NCBI RefSeq assembly: GCF_001194135.2
Contig: NC_068987.1
Coordinates: 64,107,913-64,171,739, forward strand
Direction of reading: 5' to 3'
From: Octopus bimaculoides
Lineage: Eukaryota
DNA: 63,827 nucleotides
The notes under the pieces are model-generated. The model saw only the letters and a list, made by a program, of their open reading frames with translations, did no database searches and was not told where the DNA came from. How positions within the stretch are numbered: position 1 is the stretch's first letter; every line of letters begins with the position of its first letter. The translations under genes and the position numbers were made by a program. Positions 63,788-63,827 of this stretch are shown here, piece by piece.

Positions 63788-63827
<40 letters not shown>

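Overview
This is AT-rich, microsatellite-dense eukaryotic DNA with eight N-gaps, mostly flanked by simple repeats. The repeat families look like those of a coleoid cephalopod (Octopus-like); that assignment comes from pattern recognition, not a database search. I found no intact protein-coding gene, RNA gene or CRISPR array. Almost all ORFs in the supplied track are artefacts of microsatellites, N-gaps or antisense reading of transposons. Supported content: (1) about 25 copies of one tRNA-like SINE family (here SINE-A), many in head-to-tail arrays, plus two other tRNA-derived SINE families (SINE-C, SINE-D) and an (AAC)n-tailed repeat (family B); (2) decayed retrotransposon fragments: Penelope-like GIY-YIG end with inverted pseudo-LTR, Penelope RT fragment, Ty3/gypsy pol, CR1-group RT, R4/Dong-like 3' end and an internally deleted Tx1/L1-like element; (3) DNA transposon remnants: a DD34D mariner, a maT-like Tc1/mariner, a hAT MITE with an 8-bp TSD and five other foldback/MITE-like elements; (4) several unassigned, low-confidence candidate exons, mostly on the minus strand. 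The most interesting signals are two unrelated LINE clades sharing (ATT)n arrays, TSD evidence for how the SINE arrays and a SINE dimer formed, and a cleanly spliceable 72-nt candidate exon between two foldback elements. I did not find a new biological system that the sequence alone supports.
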